Source: Eledone cirrhosa (taxonomy: Eukaryota). Taken from it: a stretch of DNA of 64,000 nt. Position 1 is the first letter of the stretch, and each line of letters starts with the position of its first letter. The position numbers were made by a program, and so were the translations under genes. Positions 39,793-53,827 of this stretch are shown here, in pieces. The notes below the pieces were generated by a model. It searched no databases and was not told the origin of the DNA. It saw only the letters and a list, made by a program, of their open reading frames with translations. The DNA is taken from NCBI GenBank assembly GCA_964016885.1, contig OZ024742.1, positions 326,120,001-326,184,000 of the forward strand. The letters run 5' to 3'.

Positions 39793-40135
39793 TATCATCA
39801 TCATCATCATCATTTTACGTCCGCTTTTCCCTGCTTGCAAGGGTGGGACGGGAACTGATTCTGGCTCGATTTCTACAGCTGGATGCCCTTCCTAACACCA
39901 ACCTCATTTACAGTGAGTGCTGGGTGCTTTTTTCCCGTGGCATCTCCACGACCACTTTACAGTGGAATGATATGGACCCCAGTCCCTATCATCTCATTTC
40001 TACAGCTGAGTAAACTGGAGCAATGTGAAATAAAGTGTCTTGCTCAAGGAAACAACACATAACCTGGTCTGAGAATTGAACTCACAACCTTTTGATTGCA
40101 AGGCCAAGCTATAACCACTAAGCCATGTGCCTCCA
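39793..40135 (-). mobile_element. tRNA-derived CORE-like SINE with RTE-like tail and (TGA)n end
   Basis: Minus: TGGCTTAGTGG A-box, GAGTTCAATTC B-box, TCCTTGAGCAAGACACTT core, GGTGTTAGGAAGGGCATCCAGC tail; degenerate relative at ~46020-46230. Confidence 0.75.
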
Positions 40136-40405
40136 TATATATGTATATATATTATAAAGTTAAATGACTTCTGTTAATTATTTAATATCTGCAAACATTA
40201 TGCACATTTCAGTGGCCAGGCTGCGTAAGGAACAGGTGACATCTTCAGGTGTAAACTGCATAATAGTTGAATAATAACGGAATGAGGATAAACATATGAC
40301 AAGATGCTTTAAGGAAAAAAGCAAAGAAAAAGCAGCAAAGAAAAAAGTGTGTTTTTATTTCTGACCCAGAGACGATCGTAAAAGACTGTTGTAATTATGC
40401 TTTAC

Positions 40406-40703
40406 ATTGGCAGTATCGGTAGAGGATCGGACGCCATGCTTTCCAGTATAGTTACGTCCCTTTACGGTCTGAGTTCAAATCCCACCGAGGTTAACTTTGC
40501 CTTACGGGGTCGATAAAATAAAGTACCAGTAATGCACTAGGTAATTGCTGGCCTTGTGTCAAAAGTAGAAACAATTATTTTATTGACTCGGAGGAATAAA
40601 AAGCAAAGTTGATCTTGGCGGGATTTGAAGAAAGAGAGTAGAATCTCGTAACCAAATAACACATTTTGTCAGACGCTCTAGCGATGCTGCCAATCCACTG
40701 CCT
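40406..40703. mobile_element. SINE copy (plus, 40406-40578) followed by a degenerate minus copy
   Basis: Homology to the 8848 family. Confidence 0.7.
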
Positions 40704-41488
40704 TTGTCGTCCCATTAATGATAAGAATAAATCTAAAAGTGTTGTTTGACTACTGGATATGCAATCAATTTTCCTTAGTTGTAGTCCTTAAGATGGACTT
40801 TCTACGACATTAAAGTCAGGTAGTCAGTTGACTTCCACAAAAAGTAGATTTCGCTGTCCCAAGCAACAAGTTTAGATCTGTCGTGTTTATATTTGACAGT
40901 TTTCTTCATATATTCTTAGGTTCCACAGATGTGTTTAACTATATTGCTTGTATTCTTCTATCTTAATTATTCTCTAATTTCTCTAAACACCACAATGTAC
41001 TTTATGGTAATATAGGATCTCGAAAAAATTGTATTGCAATGATGTGATTAAAGGAAATCCTTGCGTAATGATTATGCTAAAGCTTAACCGTAAGGCATGT
41101 GTTCCTATGATATACAGATATACACTGAGAGAGAGGAGGCGAGAGAGAGAAATAGAGTGATTGATTGATTGATAAAGGGAGGTAAGTAGTTAGATAATTA
41201 GTTAGGTAGGTAGGGAGGTAGGTAGGGAGGTACTTAGATAGGAAGATGGTTTGTCAGATCAGCATGTACGTATATATGGGTGTGTAGGTAGGTAGTTAGG
41301 TAAGTAATTAGGTGGGTAGTAAGTAGGTATATATGTAAGATCGTATGAATGTAAGTATTTAGGAAGTTAGGAAGGTACGTTTGTAGAGAAAGGGGGAGAT
41401 AGATAGGTTCGTAGATAGTTAAGAAGATATGTGGGAAGGTAGGAAGGTACTTAGGTAGTTAGTTATTTAGTTACTTAGGTAGGTAGAT

Positions 41489-43324
41489 AAAAAAATTTAT
41501 TAGCCACAAGGGCACAAAAGAAGGGGACAAATACAAATGGGGAGTTTACATACAGGTATATGAAAATAAAACTATTAATACAATAACAAATAACAATTAA
41601 AATCCCCAATATGGGGGGGGGGGTTACACAGGGGTTGTACACACCCCGAAAAAATGTACAACACTCATCTCCAGGAACACCAAGAGTGAGTACTCCCTTC
41701 CTCTCTTCCTCTTTTTCCTCAACCTACAGTCTTATATAGAGAGAAGGCCCAACCACTCGGACCATCTTTGCCATATTCACCCACTTTTTATAAAATTGCT
41801 AGGGTACAGCACCTCTTACTCCATCCTGATTTTCTTCCAAAATGACATTTGAAGAAACGAATCAGTTGCTCGCCGGAGAGAAAGGTGTCTGACCTCAGCC
41901 CATTTAACTTCGTCCACCATATACCCTCTTTCACCATAGCCATAACACATAGGAAAACCGCCTCTCCCTCGTTTTTGAAGGAGGGTGGCGGTTTGATCAT
42001 GACAATGGACTCGGTGGTCAACTGGATTGGTCCCACCCGCGACAATAGTCGTTCTACATAGCCACACAGGTCGGTAACGCCCGGGCAGTGTACAAATGCG
42101 TGTGCGACAGTTTCCTCGTCGCGCACGCATCTCGGACAGATCTTTTTCGAAGGTTCCCTACCCGGGCGCCCATGTCTGTAGAGCTTGTCTCGAACTGGTA
42201 GAGATCCTCGGTAGCACTGCCAGGCCAGGGACTTTTGGAAGTTGTCCATTGGTGTCGCGAGGAAGGTCCTACCGAACAGACTGGCCAGTTCGTCCTCCTC
42301 TACGCCTAGAGTTTCTCCGAGCGTGTCGTCGCACTTGCTGCGGACCAACTCTCTATAGAATGTCGAAGTGGAGTCTCCACTGATCGCCGGGTCTGTTTGC
42401 CAGAGGACTGTGAGCGCCTGAGCACATTCGATGTGCCAGTCGCCCATTTTCCTCGGTCTTTGCTTCATCCAGTTCTGCAGCTCGGTCAGCGAGACGAGTC
42501 GTGGGAAGGCTCGCCTCACGAACGGGGCCCACACCGGTTGTCCGGTGAAGAATACGTGGAGATGCCTCAGACTGAGCGCTTGTTTGCGCATCGTCAGCTA
42601 CGGCATCCCCAGCCCTCCGTTGGAAGGGTGTTCGTAGAAGATGGATATTCTTACCAAAGGAGCCCGTCTCTTCCAAAGGAATTGGAAGAGCGCGCGCTCC
42701 ATTTTAGTGAGCGTTTTGGCTGGACAGGGCACGACGGTCAAGGGGTAGTAGATGACGTACGCTATAAAAGTGTTCGCCACCACCGCTCGACCTTTCAAGG
42801 ATATTTTGCACTAGGCCCAGTTCTGGGTGAGTGCAAACACCTTGGCCGTCACCTCGTTCCAGTTCTTCTCCACCTGGAGGTCAGGACCAAACCAGACCCC
42901 GAGCAGCTTTACCGGTCCTTCCGTCCAGCGTCCGACGACGTCATCGGAAGGCATCGGTTTGCCTCTCCACGTTCCGAGTTGCAAACCGACGGATTTGTCC
43001 CGGTTCAGCTTCGCTCCTGTGAACCTTTCGTATTCCTGCAGTAAGGTGCCGATCTCCCCTATTTGCGAAGTGCTCGACACCATTACTGTCACGTCGTCGG
43101 CGTATGCCAACGCCACTTTTCGCAGTCCCGGTTCCAAAGGGATGCCCTGCAATAGCTCCAACTTCCGCAGTAGTGGCTCGAGAGTCAGTACGTACAGAAG
43201 GGAGGAGAGAGGGCATCCCTGTCGGATGGATCGCGTGATATGGAACGGCTCCGAGAGGTAGCCGTTCACCTTGACCCTTGAGCAGATGTTGCTGTTGTAC
43301 ATTGCAGCAATCCAGCCCCTGAAC
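41489..43324 (-). mobile_element. 5'-truncated L1/Tx1 LINE inserted in a (TAGG)n-like repeat
   Basis: IRQGCPLS, AYADDV, GGLGMP, CPRC...ETVAH...C; AATAAA at the end; 16-bp TSD-like ACTTAGGT(A/T)GGTAGAT at 41473 and 43325. Confidence 0.92.
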
Positions 43325-43997
43325 ACTTAGGTTGGTAGATAGGTAGTTAATTAGTTATTTAGTTAGTTAGGTAGGTAGGTAGGTAGGTAGGTAGGTAGGT
43401 AGGTAGGTAGGTAGGTAGGTAGGTAGGTAGGTAGGTAGGTAGCTAGGTAGGTAGGTAGCTAGGTAGGTGTATAAGTAGGAAGGTAGATAGCTAGGTAGCT
43501 AGGTAGGAAAGTAGGTAGGTAGGTAGCCTGGTAGGTTGGTAGATAAGCAGGCTCATAGGTAGATAGCTACGTATATAGGCAGGTAAGTAGGTAGGTAGAT
43601 AGTTTGTTAGATAAACAGACAGACAGATAGGTAGGTAATTAAATACATAACAAACTAGCTACCTAGATAACGAGTTAACTAGAATATAAGCTAGTTATCC
43701 AGCTAGCTACTTTATTAACAGACAATTAAGGCAGTTTGATATTCAGCTAACTGGGTAGGAATCAATCTATCTAAGTGGTTAGAAAGAAAGTTAATCATAA
43801 AGTTACCTAGACAACTAGTTACTTTAAAAGCTAACAGTCTAACAGGTCAATATCAATATAGAAGTCGGTTAAATATAAACGTATGTGGAGATGTAAGTTA
43901 AACGCTTAAATAAACTGAACGTGAACGGTGAGATGAACTAAATTAGCAGCAGGCAGACATACGTATGCGTCTGTGGGTGTGTGTGTGGGTGTGTGTA

Positions 43998-44042
<45 letters not shown>

Positions 44043-44568
44043 ACGTGTCAGTGCGTGTGTGTGTGCATGAGTACTAGTAAACATAAGTGCTCGAGACAAC
44101 GAATGAATACGTATGTAAATATAGTAAGGTAGATAAAAGGATAGTTTGGCATGCAGACACCTTGATGGATAGTTGAGTATTTAAAATCAGAAAATTGAGT
44201 AGGCAGATAGTCAGGTGGGATAATTGACCATGGGTCAGCAAATTCGTCTTAAATTCTCAGCGCGAGTTCTACTTCTTCTATTCTTATCTCTCCCTTATAA
44301 TTATATTATATTTAATACATATACATTTATATACGGTAACCCATACATGAATCGTTTTTGCACTATAGAATTGAGTTTCACTGCATCACAATCTAACAGT
44401 TTAGACCCACAAATGGTGCATATTCAGCTTGATTCAACTACATAGAGAAGTGTTTTGCATAGCTGTGGTAGAAACTTATCTTCTGCTTATACAGGCTATG
44501 GAAGAAGCAACATATTTGGCTTAGCTACAACTCACCTCACTGAATACTTGTGGCCTTTAGGGAGATAC

Positions 44569-44756
44569 ATATGTAGAATGTTTAAGAAAATATTGGCAAC
44601 AATATAGACCGAACATTAAAGAAGTGTATGTTTCTGTCTATGTATGCGTATCTATTCATATTTTACCCATTCATAGTTATATACGCATACATAGACAGAA
44701 ACATACACTTCTTTAATGTTCGGTCTATATTGTTGCCAATATTTTCTTAAACATTC

Positions 44757-44763
<7 letters not shown>
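44569..44763. repeat. Perfect 83-bp inverted repeat with a 29-bp spacer, running into (TA)n
   Basis: 44569-44651 is the reverse complement of 44681-44763. Confidence 0.92.
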
Positions 44764-44799
<36 letters not shown>

Positions 44800-45192
44800 A
44801 TATCACGATAAATTAACGGAGCCACAGACTCTCGTTATTCCCTGTCAGTAATGTGCTCAAAGGAGAAGGAATCCCGAGCCCTTTATAATATAATATGTAG
44901 AAAAGATAACACACCAGAGAGAGAGATAGTGCGCCATCAGTCAAACAGGGAAAAACCACCAGTGTATGGAATCTATAGCCCATGGAAGGCAAAGTAGACA
45001 CACAATAATTAAAAGTATAAATCAAAGTACAAATACGTACCTTGATAACTATCTAACAAACACGTACAAATAAAAATATCCAATACTAATAATAATATAA
45101 TTAAACAACTCCAATATCCGGGAGTTTCCAACAGTAATGGTTGCATTTTTTAAGGGTATGTCAATATTTATTTATAAAACTGATCTATATTA

Positions 45193-45257
45193 TATTTTAT
45201 CTGATGAAAGCACACCATAATTTAACTTGGTGTCCTTGAAATATGTATAATGAAATA
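45193..45257 (+). ncRNA. Type I hammerhead, solo copy of the 36991 family
   Basis: tattttat CTGATGA aagcacacca (10-nt loop) tggtgtcctt GAAA tatgta TA atgaaata; the downstream tail matches 38270-38315. Confidence 0.82.
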
Positions 45258-45323
45258 AATATTGTTTTATAAATATAGTTTCCATTTGTTAATATCGTAT
45301 ATATATATATATATATGCGTGTG

Positions 45324-45422
<99 letters not shown>

Positions 45423-46694
45423 CGTGTGTGTTGTGTCTCTGTCACTATGCATTTCCAATGCAAACATCTCCTAGTGAGTCTTATTCAATAAGCAATACCT
45501 ACATGTACGATATTTGTCCCTCTTGTATGCATGTTGTATAACAATCTGTAACAGTTGCAACTGTGGTATTCTGAAAGGTCGAAAACTCGTGTCATAATAT
45601 TAAACCAAATCCAGTTAAACTTAGTGTAATTGACCAATAACTTCAATTAACACTATAACGATACCAGTATGCAAATGTATCTGAGAATATTTACTGAAAT
45701 CGCTGATGTCTGCCATATATATAGCAAGCGGTAAGCTATTAGGTGACCTGACTCCACAATACATCCTTTCTGTACATTTGGAAGCTAAGTGTCTTCATTT
45801 ACAACTCCACTACACTCAAATACCACTCATATTCCCAATATACTTCCAACATAAAGATAACTGAGGAAGGCATTGAAAGAGCTTGAAATGAAGAAGAGGC
45901 CTTCACAAGGTCATTTATCATACTAAAAATAGCAGCCAAATGCCTTTAAAATGTCACCCTTTTCAGGCCGGTGGATATCATTAGTGGTGATCACAAATCT
46001 GTCGGATGTATAAGCGCGCGGGAGAAGTTACAGTGTTGGAATCATGGTCGTATGATCAATAGTTCGATTCCCTGGACGAGTGATGTTTTGTGTCCAAAAG
46101 CAAGGCACTGGCTTTTGCGTTCTTTCTGTCCAACCAAATGAAAGAAAGGTAACAACACCAGGGTCAGTTGGAGGTTAAACTTACCACGGACTGGCATCGT
46201 GTTCGGAGAGTATTGTTTTCCTCTCAGTCATCCGTCGCCTCCTGGAATCGGAATAAACTGCAGCCACATTTGTTTCCAGGCTCAACACAGACTCTGGTGC
46301 AATACTTCGATTCAAATCTCTGGTCGAAGATATTATCGTACCTCCTTCCCACCAATTTCATCGGCTGTGGAAATTGCCATGAACACTGTCTGTACTTCTG
46401 TGATTAAACCATGAAAATCAAAACACGCTCACACGTACACATGCTCACTCACACAGACGAGCACATGCACACACACACACGTAGATAGTAAGAACATCCT
46501 ACCCAAATATACAACACAATATTTATATAGAGGTTTAAGTCACAACACTTTTATTTGCAGAGTAAAGTTAATATTGCAGACGTTTAGTAAATAATATATA
46601 TATAATATTAATCTATGTATATATGTGTGTGTGATTGTGTACACACACATATATGTATACACTCAGACACACATACACACACACAGACACACAT

Positions 46695-46749
<55 letters not shown>

Positions 46750-46750
46750 C

Positions 46751-46828
<78 letters not shown>

Positions 46829-47125
46829 AAATGCAATTAATAGCCGAATATAAAACACGTTTGAGATCATATCGAAGTAAGCAGTATTGCTATTTTGTTA
46901 CACCTAACAAATCACTAGAGCAAATCTCAACTTTTCGAATTTATTACTCTCAAGAAAAGCAATTAATTTCCTTTGTTTAGGTGAGTTATCAAAATGTTAG
47001 TGTTGTTTTTATGATATTGGCTTTTCTTTTTCTATTGTCAGTACTTTTGAATACTTGCTTATTATTCAGTGTAGCTTCAGACAAAATGTTTTTCAATATA
47101 GTATTTCGTTAACCCTCCTTAGCGT

Positions 47126-47297
47126 CAGTGCTAGATTTAGGACAAATGAGGCCATGTGCTAGTTAAGTTTTGAGGTACCTTAAATTTGAAAAATTCATCG
47201 TAAAAAATATTTGGGACAGGAAGATGCCCTACCCCATCGCTGGCCAATGGGGCTCTGAGCTTAAGGACACCTAAGTACAATGGTAAATCCGGGACTG
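47126..47297. mobile_element. hAT-type MITE
   Basis: CAGTGCTAGATTTA...TAAATCCGGGACTG imperfect TIRs; 8-bp flanks CTTAGCGT/TTTATCGT match at 6/8. Confidence 0.6.
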
Positions 47298-47841
47298 TTT
47301 ATCGTTCGGCGTTCAGAACCTGCTTCGCTTATATTTGCCTTCCATCCGTTCTGGGGAATCTATAAAATAAGATCCCATTCAAATATTGGAGGGGATCGAT
47401 ATAATCAATATTACGATTCCCTAAATGTATTTGTCTTGAGTTTAAATTAGAAACCTGTGTCGTTTCTACGGTGTTTATCGGTAGAATCAGGCATTCTACT
47501 GCGTAAAACCATTTTTAAACATGATAGAGTCCATTTCCCCCGCAATCTATTTCATACGCACGGAAAGAAAGAATGGAGTGAATGTTCGGAAGAATCGACC
47601 CTGTACAGTGATAGACTGGTATTTCTTTATCGATCAAGAAAGTATTAAATACAACATTGTCCACGAGGGAATTTGACTCACTGACCAGAGATTCGGGACG
47701 AATATTGCAAAGTATTCTAACTGACGTTCTAACAACTTTACCAATTCTTCGCCTTATCTTATATATAATGTATGTGGTGAGAAGCATGCGTGCGCGCGCG
47801 CGTGTGTGTGTGTGTGCGTGTCTGTGTGTGTGTGTATGTGT

Positions 47842-47942
<101 letters not shown>

Positions 47943-48486
47943 TGTTGGCCATGTATTTAAACCGAGTGCTTGTGTTAAGATAGAATTTTCGCTTTTGAGA
48001 TGTTTACAATAACGATCATGTGTTTATGTTATTGCTATGTTCTGAAACGTCTGCAAGAGATATTTGTTTGAAAATAACAACGGGTGGCATTTGTCTGTTG
48101 CATGAGTGATAATACCATGGTTTCTGGAACAAAGCTATACAAAATCCCATCCAGAAGAACTGGGGAATGTTTTTCTAGATAATGGTCTTCTTTTATTACT
48201 TTTCCTCATATGTGGTCGTAGGCTGATTGCAAAATTTCCAGTTGTTGTTATTATTATTATTATTATTATTGGCGACCTACGTAGTAAATCGTATCATCGT
48301 GAGCTTCGCAAATGTTTTTTATTTTCAGTTGTTTAATATAGCCATTTATTGAACATTTTTATTGTTAACTGTATATAAGTGCACATACATTGATTTCTGA
48401 AAAGGACACTCAAAAATATTGGGGCCTTGAGCCCAAAATTTAAACTTTTTATAATTATCAAACAAAAGAAATTTCTTTGAAAAATC

Positions 48487-50400
48487 ATGGAAGACTCAGA
48501 GTCACTCCATCCTCACAAACTAACACCTCACACCGACACCACCATTGTAAATATTACTACGTTTGCCAACACTAAAAATATAAACAGTAGCAATATTTTA
48601 AATTTGTCTCAGCCAGACATTCATTTCCCGCCATTACCAATGACTGCAGGTGTTAAAGCCGCCACACCCACCACCACCACCACAGCGACAACAGAAACAA
48701 AAGAAAAAAATTAATTAACTCGTGATATCGAAATGAATTCAACCAAATTGAACTCTTCCACACCGAACACCACTGACGCCACCACCAACACAACTGAAAC
48801 TAAAATTAACAATAACAAAAATAATGATAACAACAACAGCAACAATGAAATTAAGAAAACTACCCGGAGTTTTGCCAGAGTAGCAAAAACGTGCGAAGCG
48901 ATCCAGGTAACTCAGGAGGAATTAGAAGAAGCCAAAAGAATGGTAAAGAAAGATGGGTACAGGGTCAGCCCCCCACACACACACACACATTTAATAAAAT
49001 GGAGCATCGTCGCCTATGCACCGTGTCTTATCGGACAATTAACATAAAATCGCGCCGAGTGGAACGGGCATCCGAGTCCCAAATTCAAAAAGCTTTGGGA
49101 CATGTGTGGGGGAAAAAAACACACGTCAGACGTCGGCAGAAATATGGAACCGTGGACATGTTCTTTGAAACACCACAGGAGGCCAGAGAACACTCCATGG
49201 TCCCATTAAGAAGTGACGACTTCACACACGTCCCAAGCTATTGTGGCCAGAGACTCGTGAAGATCAGGGTGACCCACGTTCCACCGGCCATCGAAATTCC
49301 CTGGCTAATTGCTGCCGTCCTCGCCGGCATCGAGGCTAACACCTAGATAATCGAAATAGCGAAAGAAAAGCAGGAGAACTGGTCCGGATCTGGGATGGAG
49401 CTCCTGATCCAAGCGGACCATAAAAGCATTGAGGAAATCCCAGAGGTAATAGACCTCACTGACGTCAGCCACCTCACCGTAATCGTCGAGGGCAGAAAGC
49501 CTAGGTGTGTCGTTTGTGGTGAAGACCCACCTAAGGGCTTTCTGCCCTCAGGCTTAAAGGTTGAGGCTACCTCTCTTACCCACCCCAGTGACTCAACCAT
49601 CAACACCACCAGCAGCAGAAATGGCAGCAACAACTGTAGCAGCAACAACAGAAACAACTGTAACAGCAACAACCCCAGCAACAGTAGCAATACCAACACC
49701 ACCACCACGCAACGCGCCAGAACTGGCACCAGCGCCTACACCATCCACCACGCCACAATCAAAACCAACGCCTGTGGAGGATTTTCCACTCCCCGGCTTA
49801 TCGCAACTGGAGACAGATTGTGACGACGAGGAGTGGGAAACGGTATCAGGAAAAAAGAAAAAAAGAAACCAAAAAAGAAAAATTCTCTTCCTTCCCCCTC
49901 CAAAAACAAAATACAGAGGGAAACAAATAAATTATCAAACAAAAACGTTAGGATAGATATGCCACCATCCACACCAGCATCACCAACCCCATCACCACAA
50001 ACACCAACACCATCACCATCATTAACCCCAACAGCACCATCACCAACACCACAAAAGTCACCAAAAAGCGTAACAGAAACAAACCCACAACAAACGCAAA
50101 CAAAACAAAACAACCAAAACGATACACACTACACAGCATTAAATTTGAACAACAACCAATTATTACACTACATGCAACACAACACCAGCATCACAGAAAA
50201 AAGACTACACAACAACCCAAAAGTTTACGCCACCTACACACATACAAATCACTCGCATCACACAGAAAACGTACACGACACTAAAACAAAAATTCCCCAA
50301 AGACATCGGAGACTTCCGACAAACACTCTCCAGGAGGATTTATACGGACATCCTTCCGGAGGAGGCCACAAGCAGTGAAAAGGATGGACAAACCATCCTT
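48487..50400 (+). pseudogene. Tx1 ORF1 (Gag-like nucleic-acid-binding protein), disrupted
   Basis: SFARVAK, KIRVTHVPP, VIVEGRKPRCVVCGE (truncated zinc knuckle), EWETVSGKKKKR; position upstream of ORF2. Confidence 0.75.
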
Positions 50401-50455
50401 CCTCTACGAGAAGTAAGGTAAGTGGTCTTTCCCATCTTTTCCACTCCATTTCAAC

Positions 50456-53400
50456 ATGACTTCACTCAGAATAGGCAACATACATACGCGTGGCTTGGGG
50501 TCGTCATGGAAGCAGTGCCACCTGCTCAACGACCTCAGGTCACTAAACATAGATGTAGTGGCTATCAGCGAGACGAGAATCTCCGAAACACGGGCCTTCG
50601 CACCGATCTTCGGCGGCTACGATGTTTACACATCTCCCAGCCGTCCGGGATCGGGGGAGGAGTTGCTGTGCATTTTCGGAGAGGTTTGGATCTCGCCATA
50701 CGGGCTATCTTCCTGGACCCAGAAGGTAAGTTGGTGGTGCTGGACATGACCAGCTGAGACGGGAAAGCTTTCAGGCTAGTGGCCGTCTATTCCCCTACAG
50801 GAGCAGGGTGGCCTGATTTCTTCCGGCGTCTGGAGATCTTTCTTGGAACGTCCGGGTCGTTAGTGTTAGTGGGCGACTGGAACGGGATCTTAGATGCATG
50901 CTGGGACTGTGTGGGATTAGCGGTTAGGGGAGGAGGGTGCAAGAGCCTCACCAACCTGCTCAGGCGTTTTGAACTGTCTAACAGGTACCAATTGGCTTTC
51001 CCGAATGTGCCAATGTGGACTTGGACAAATCCATAGGGTCATCCAGATCATATCTAGATAGAGTATTTTGTAGGCAAATAGATAGGTCTAGCATAGGCTG
51101 TCCACAATTCAAGATAGCTACAATTCAGCTACACGGACCACAAATTCGTGATCTGTGTGCTTGACTTAGATAGGCTTCATAGACGAGGACACGGTTACTG
51201 GAAGCTAAACGCGTCCTTACCAGCGCGCAAGGCCTACAGAGACCGGATTAGCGAACTAGTTAAGCGGGCGTTGACGGGGGCCATCGTCAACAACAAGTGG
51301 TGGTTTGCTCTGAAAAGAGCAATTAGAATAGAGTCCATTAGGTTTAGTAAGGATTTAGCAATAGAGAAAAATAGAGCAGAGGATGAATTAGTTAGAAAAT
51401 TAGACGAGGCGCTTAGCAAAGGCATTGCGACCGACGTACATGCGGCGAAATTGGCCCTTGACCAATTCTTCAATGCAAAGCACGAAGGCTGCGTTGTCAG
51501 AGCTAGGGTGCGTGCTCTCAGACACGAGGAGACGAAAGCTGTTCAATGGGGCCGAGTGGTCGAGGCGCGTCGTGGCAACAAAGCCCCGATCTGGTCTTTG
51601 GTGGAACACGACGGGCGCATGCTACTCGATCCCGGGCAAATATGTGAAGCTTTTCAGCGACACTTCGTTCAGCTGTTCGGGGGCAGCGGCGGGCCGGATC
51701 GAGGGATGGACTTTAGTGTCTACCTCGACGGACTGCCGCGGCTCTCGGCCACTGAGGCGGAGTGTTGCGAAAAGCCGATAACAGCCGCTGAAGTACGGGA
51801 GGCAATGACTGGCTGCACAAGGGTTAAATCGCCTGGTTTGGATGGTCTGTCCTATGAACTTTACGTACAGATGCCAGAATTGTTCGGAGGCCTCTTGGCG
51901 GACGTCAACTGCCACTGGCAACAGAACGGGAGAATTCCCAGCTCTGTGAGTCGAGGAGCTGTGGTGCTGCTAAGAAAGAATCCGAACAAGGGGGATAACA
52001 TAGATAATTTTAGGCCCATAATTCTGCTAAACAGAGTTCAAGATTTTGGCCAAGGTGCTAGCAAAGAGGTTGGCGCTTGTCGTTGGTGGTCTGGTGGGAG
52101 AGGCGCAGACATGCGCCATTCCCGACAGATCCATCCACGACAGCCATAACCTCATGCGATACATCGTAGAGAGGGTAGCTAGGGAACCTGGCACTTGTGG
52201 GTCCTTGATCAATTTAGATCAGTCGAAAACTTTCGATAGGGTCGTTACCTAGCGGCAGTCCTGAGGCCGGCTGTCTTTGGGCCCGTCTTCAGAGGCTGGA
52301 TCGCTGCCATGCACAGCAACATCTGCTCTGTGGTGAGAGTGAACGGTCACCTTTCGGAACCGTTCAACATCATGCGCTCCGTCCACCAAGGATGTCCCCT
52401 CTCGTCCATCTTGTACGTATTGTCTCTCGAGCCATTACTGCACAAACTGGAGACGTTGAGGGGGGGTCCCGCGGGAACTAGGATGCGGAAGATCCGTGTC
52501 AGCATATGCGGACGATGTCACCGTAGTGGTGTCGAACGCCAAATACATCGAGGCCAGCGGCACTACACTAAGAGAATACGAAGCGGTGACAGGAGCAATG
52601 GTCAACCAGGAAAAGTCCATGCCGTCCAACAGCGTTGTCGGGCGCTGGACGGACGGACCGGTTAAATTGCTCGGGGTCTGGTTCGGTCCAGATCTCCAGA
52701 CGGACAAAAATTGGGACGAGGTGACGAGCAGGGTGGCTTCTCTCCCAGAAATGGGCCGAGAGGAAGCTATCCCTGAAAGGTCGAGCGGAGGTGGCTAACG
52801 CGTATATCGCGTCCGTCATCTACTACCTCCTGACCGTGGTACCTTGTCCTAAGCCCCGCCTGACTGCGCTGGAGCGTTTGCTCTTTTGCTTTTTGTGGAA
52901 GGGACGCGCTCCGATGGTCAGGCGGTCCATCTGCTGTCAACACCCGCTACGTGGAGGGCTGGGAATGCCGTGGCTGATGATGCGCAGACACGCGCTCAGG
53001 CTACGACATCTCCACCTCTTCCTCGACGGTGATCATGTGTGGTCGCCGTTTGCTAGACGCGTCTTTCCCAGATTGTCTCCTTGACGGAGCTGCAGTCCTG
53101 GGTCAAGCGAAGACCGAGAGGGAGTGCTTGGAGACTGGAATGTTTTCAGGCGCTCACAGCCCTCGACCAATCGGGCAATGTGATCGGTGGAAATTCCACC
53201 TTGGCGTTCTATAGATGATTAGTGGAGGGGAAGAGTGACGACGTACTTGGGGAAACTCTAGGCGTCGACGAAAATCAACTAGCCAATCTCTTAGGAAGAA
53301 CTTTCGGGCCGGGGCTTATGGACAACTTCCAGAAATCCCTGTCCTGGCAGTGCTACCGAGGAGCTTTGCCAGTTCGGGATAAACTCTACAGGCATGGAGG

Positions 53401-53827
53401 TGCCGTCACCGGGCATGTCCGAGATGCGCGCAGGGCGACGAAACCGTCCTGTCCGCACTCGTCCAGTGTTCGAACATTGCTGACTTGAGGGTTTATGTCG
53501 AACACCTTTTGTCGCGTGTGAGACGGATCCAGCTATCAGCTGAGTCCATCGTGAGGATTGCCCCGCCCTTTTCCTTTAGCCGGGAAGGGCAGGCAGTTTT
53601 TATCTGTCTGGTGGCCATGGCGAAAGAGATAGTATGGTGGACACGTTTGAAAGGGCTGAAGACGAGCACTTACCTCTTCGGTGATGCCCCTATTAACTTT
53701 TTCAAATTTCATTTGAAAAGGAAAATCAGAGTAGAAATGGAAGTGCTCTCTCCCCAGCATTTTTTTGAAAGATGGGTGAGAGAGGCTGAATGGCCCGAGT
53801 GAATGGGCCTACTCTGAGTATGTGTCT
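50456..53827 (+). pseudogene. Tx1 ORF2 (APE endonuclease + RT), multiple frameshifts and stops
   Basis: NIHTRGL, AISETR, VGDWN, YLDR, TDHK, YWKLN, KSPGLDGL, NFRPI, QGCPLS, AYADDV, GGLGMP. Confidence 0.93.

Noticed and set aside
45861-45892. CTGAGGA...GAAA on the plus strand
   Set aside because: No NUH site or helix I; the context looks like decayed LINE coding sequence.
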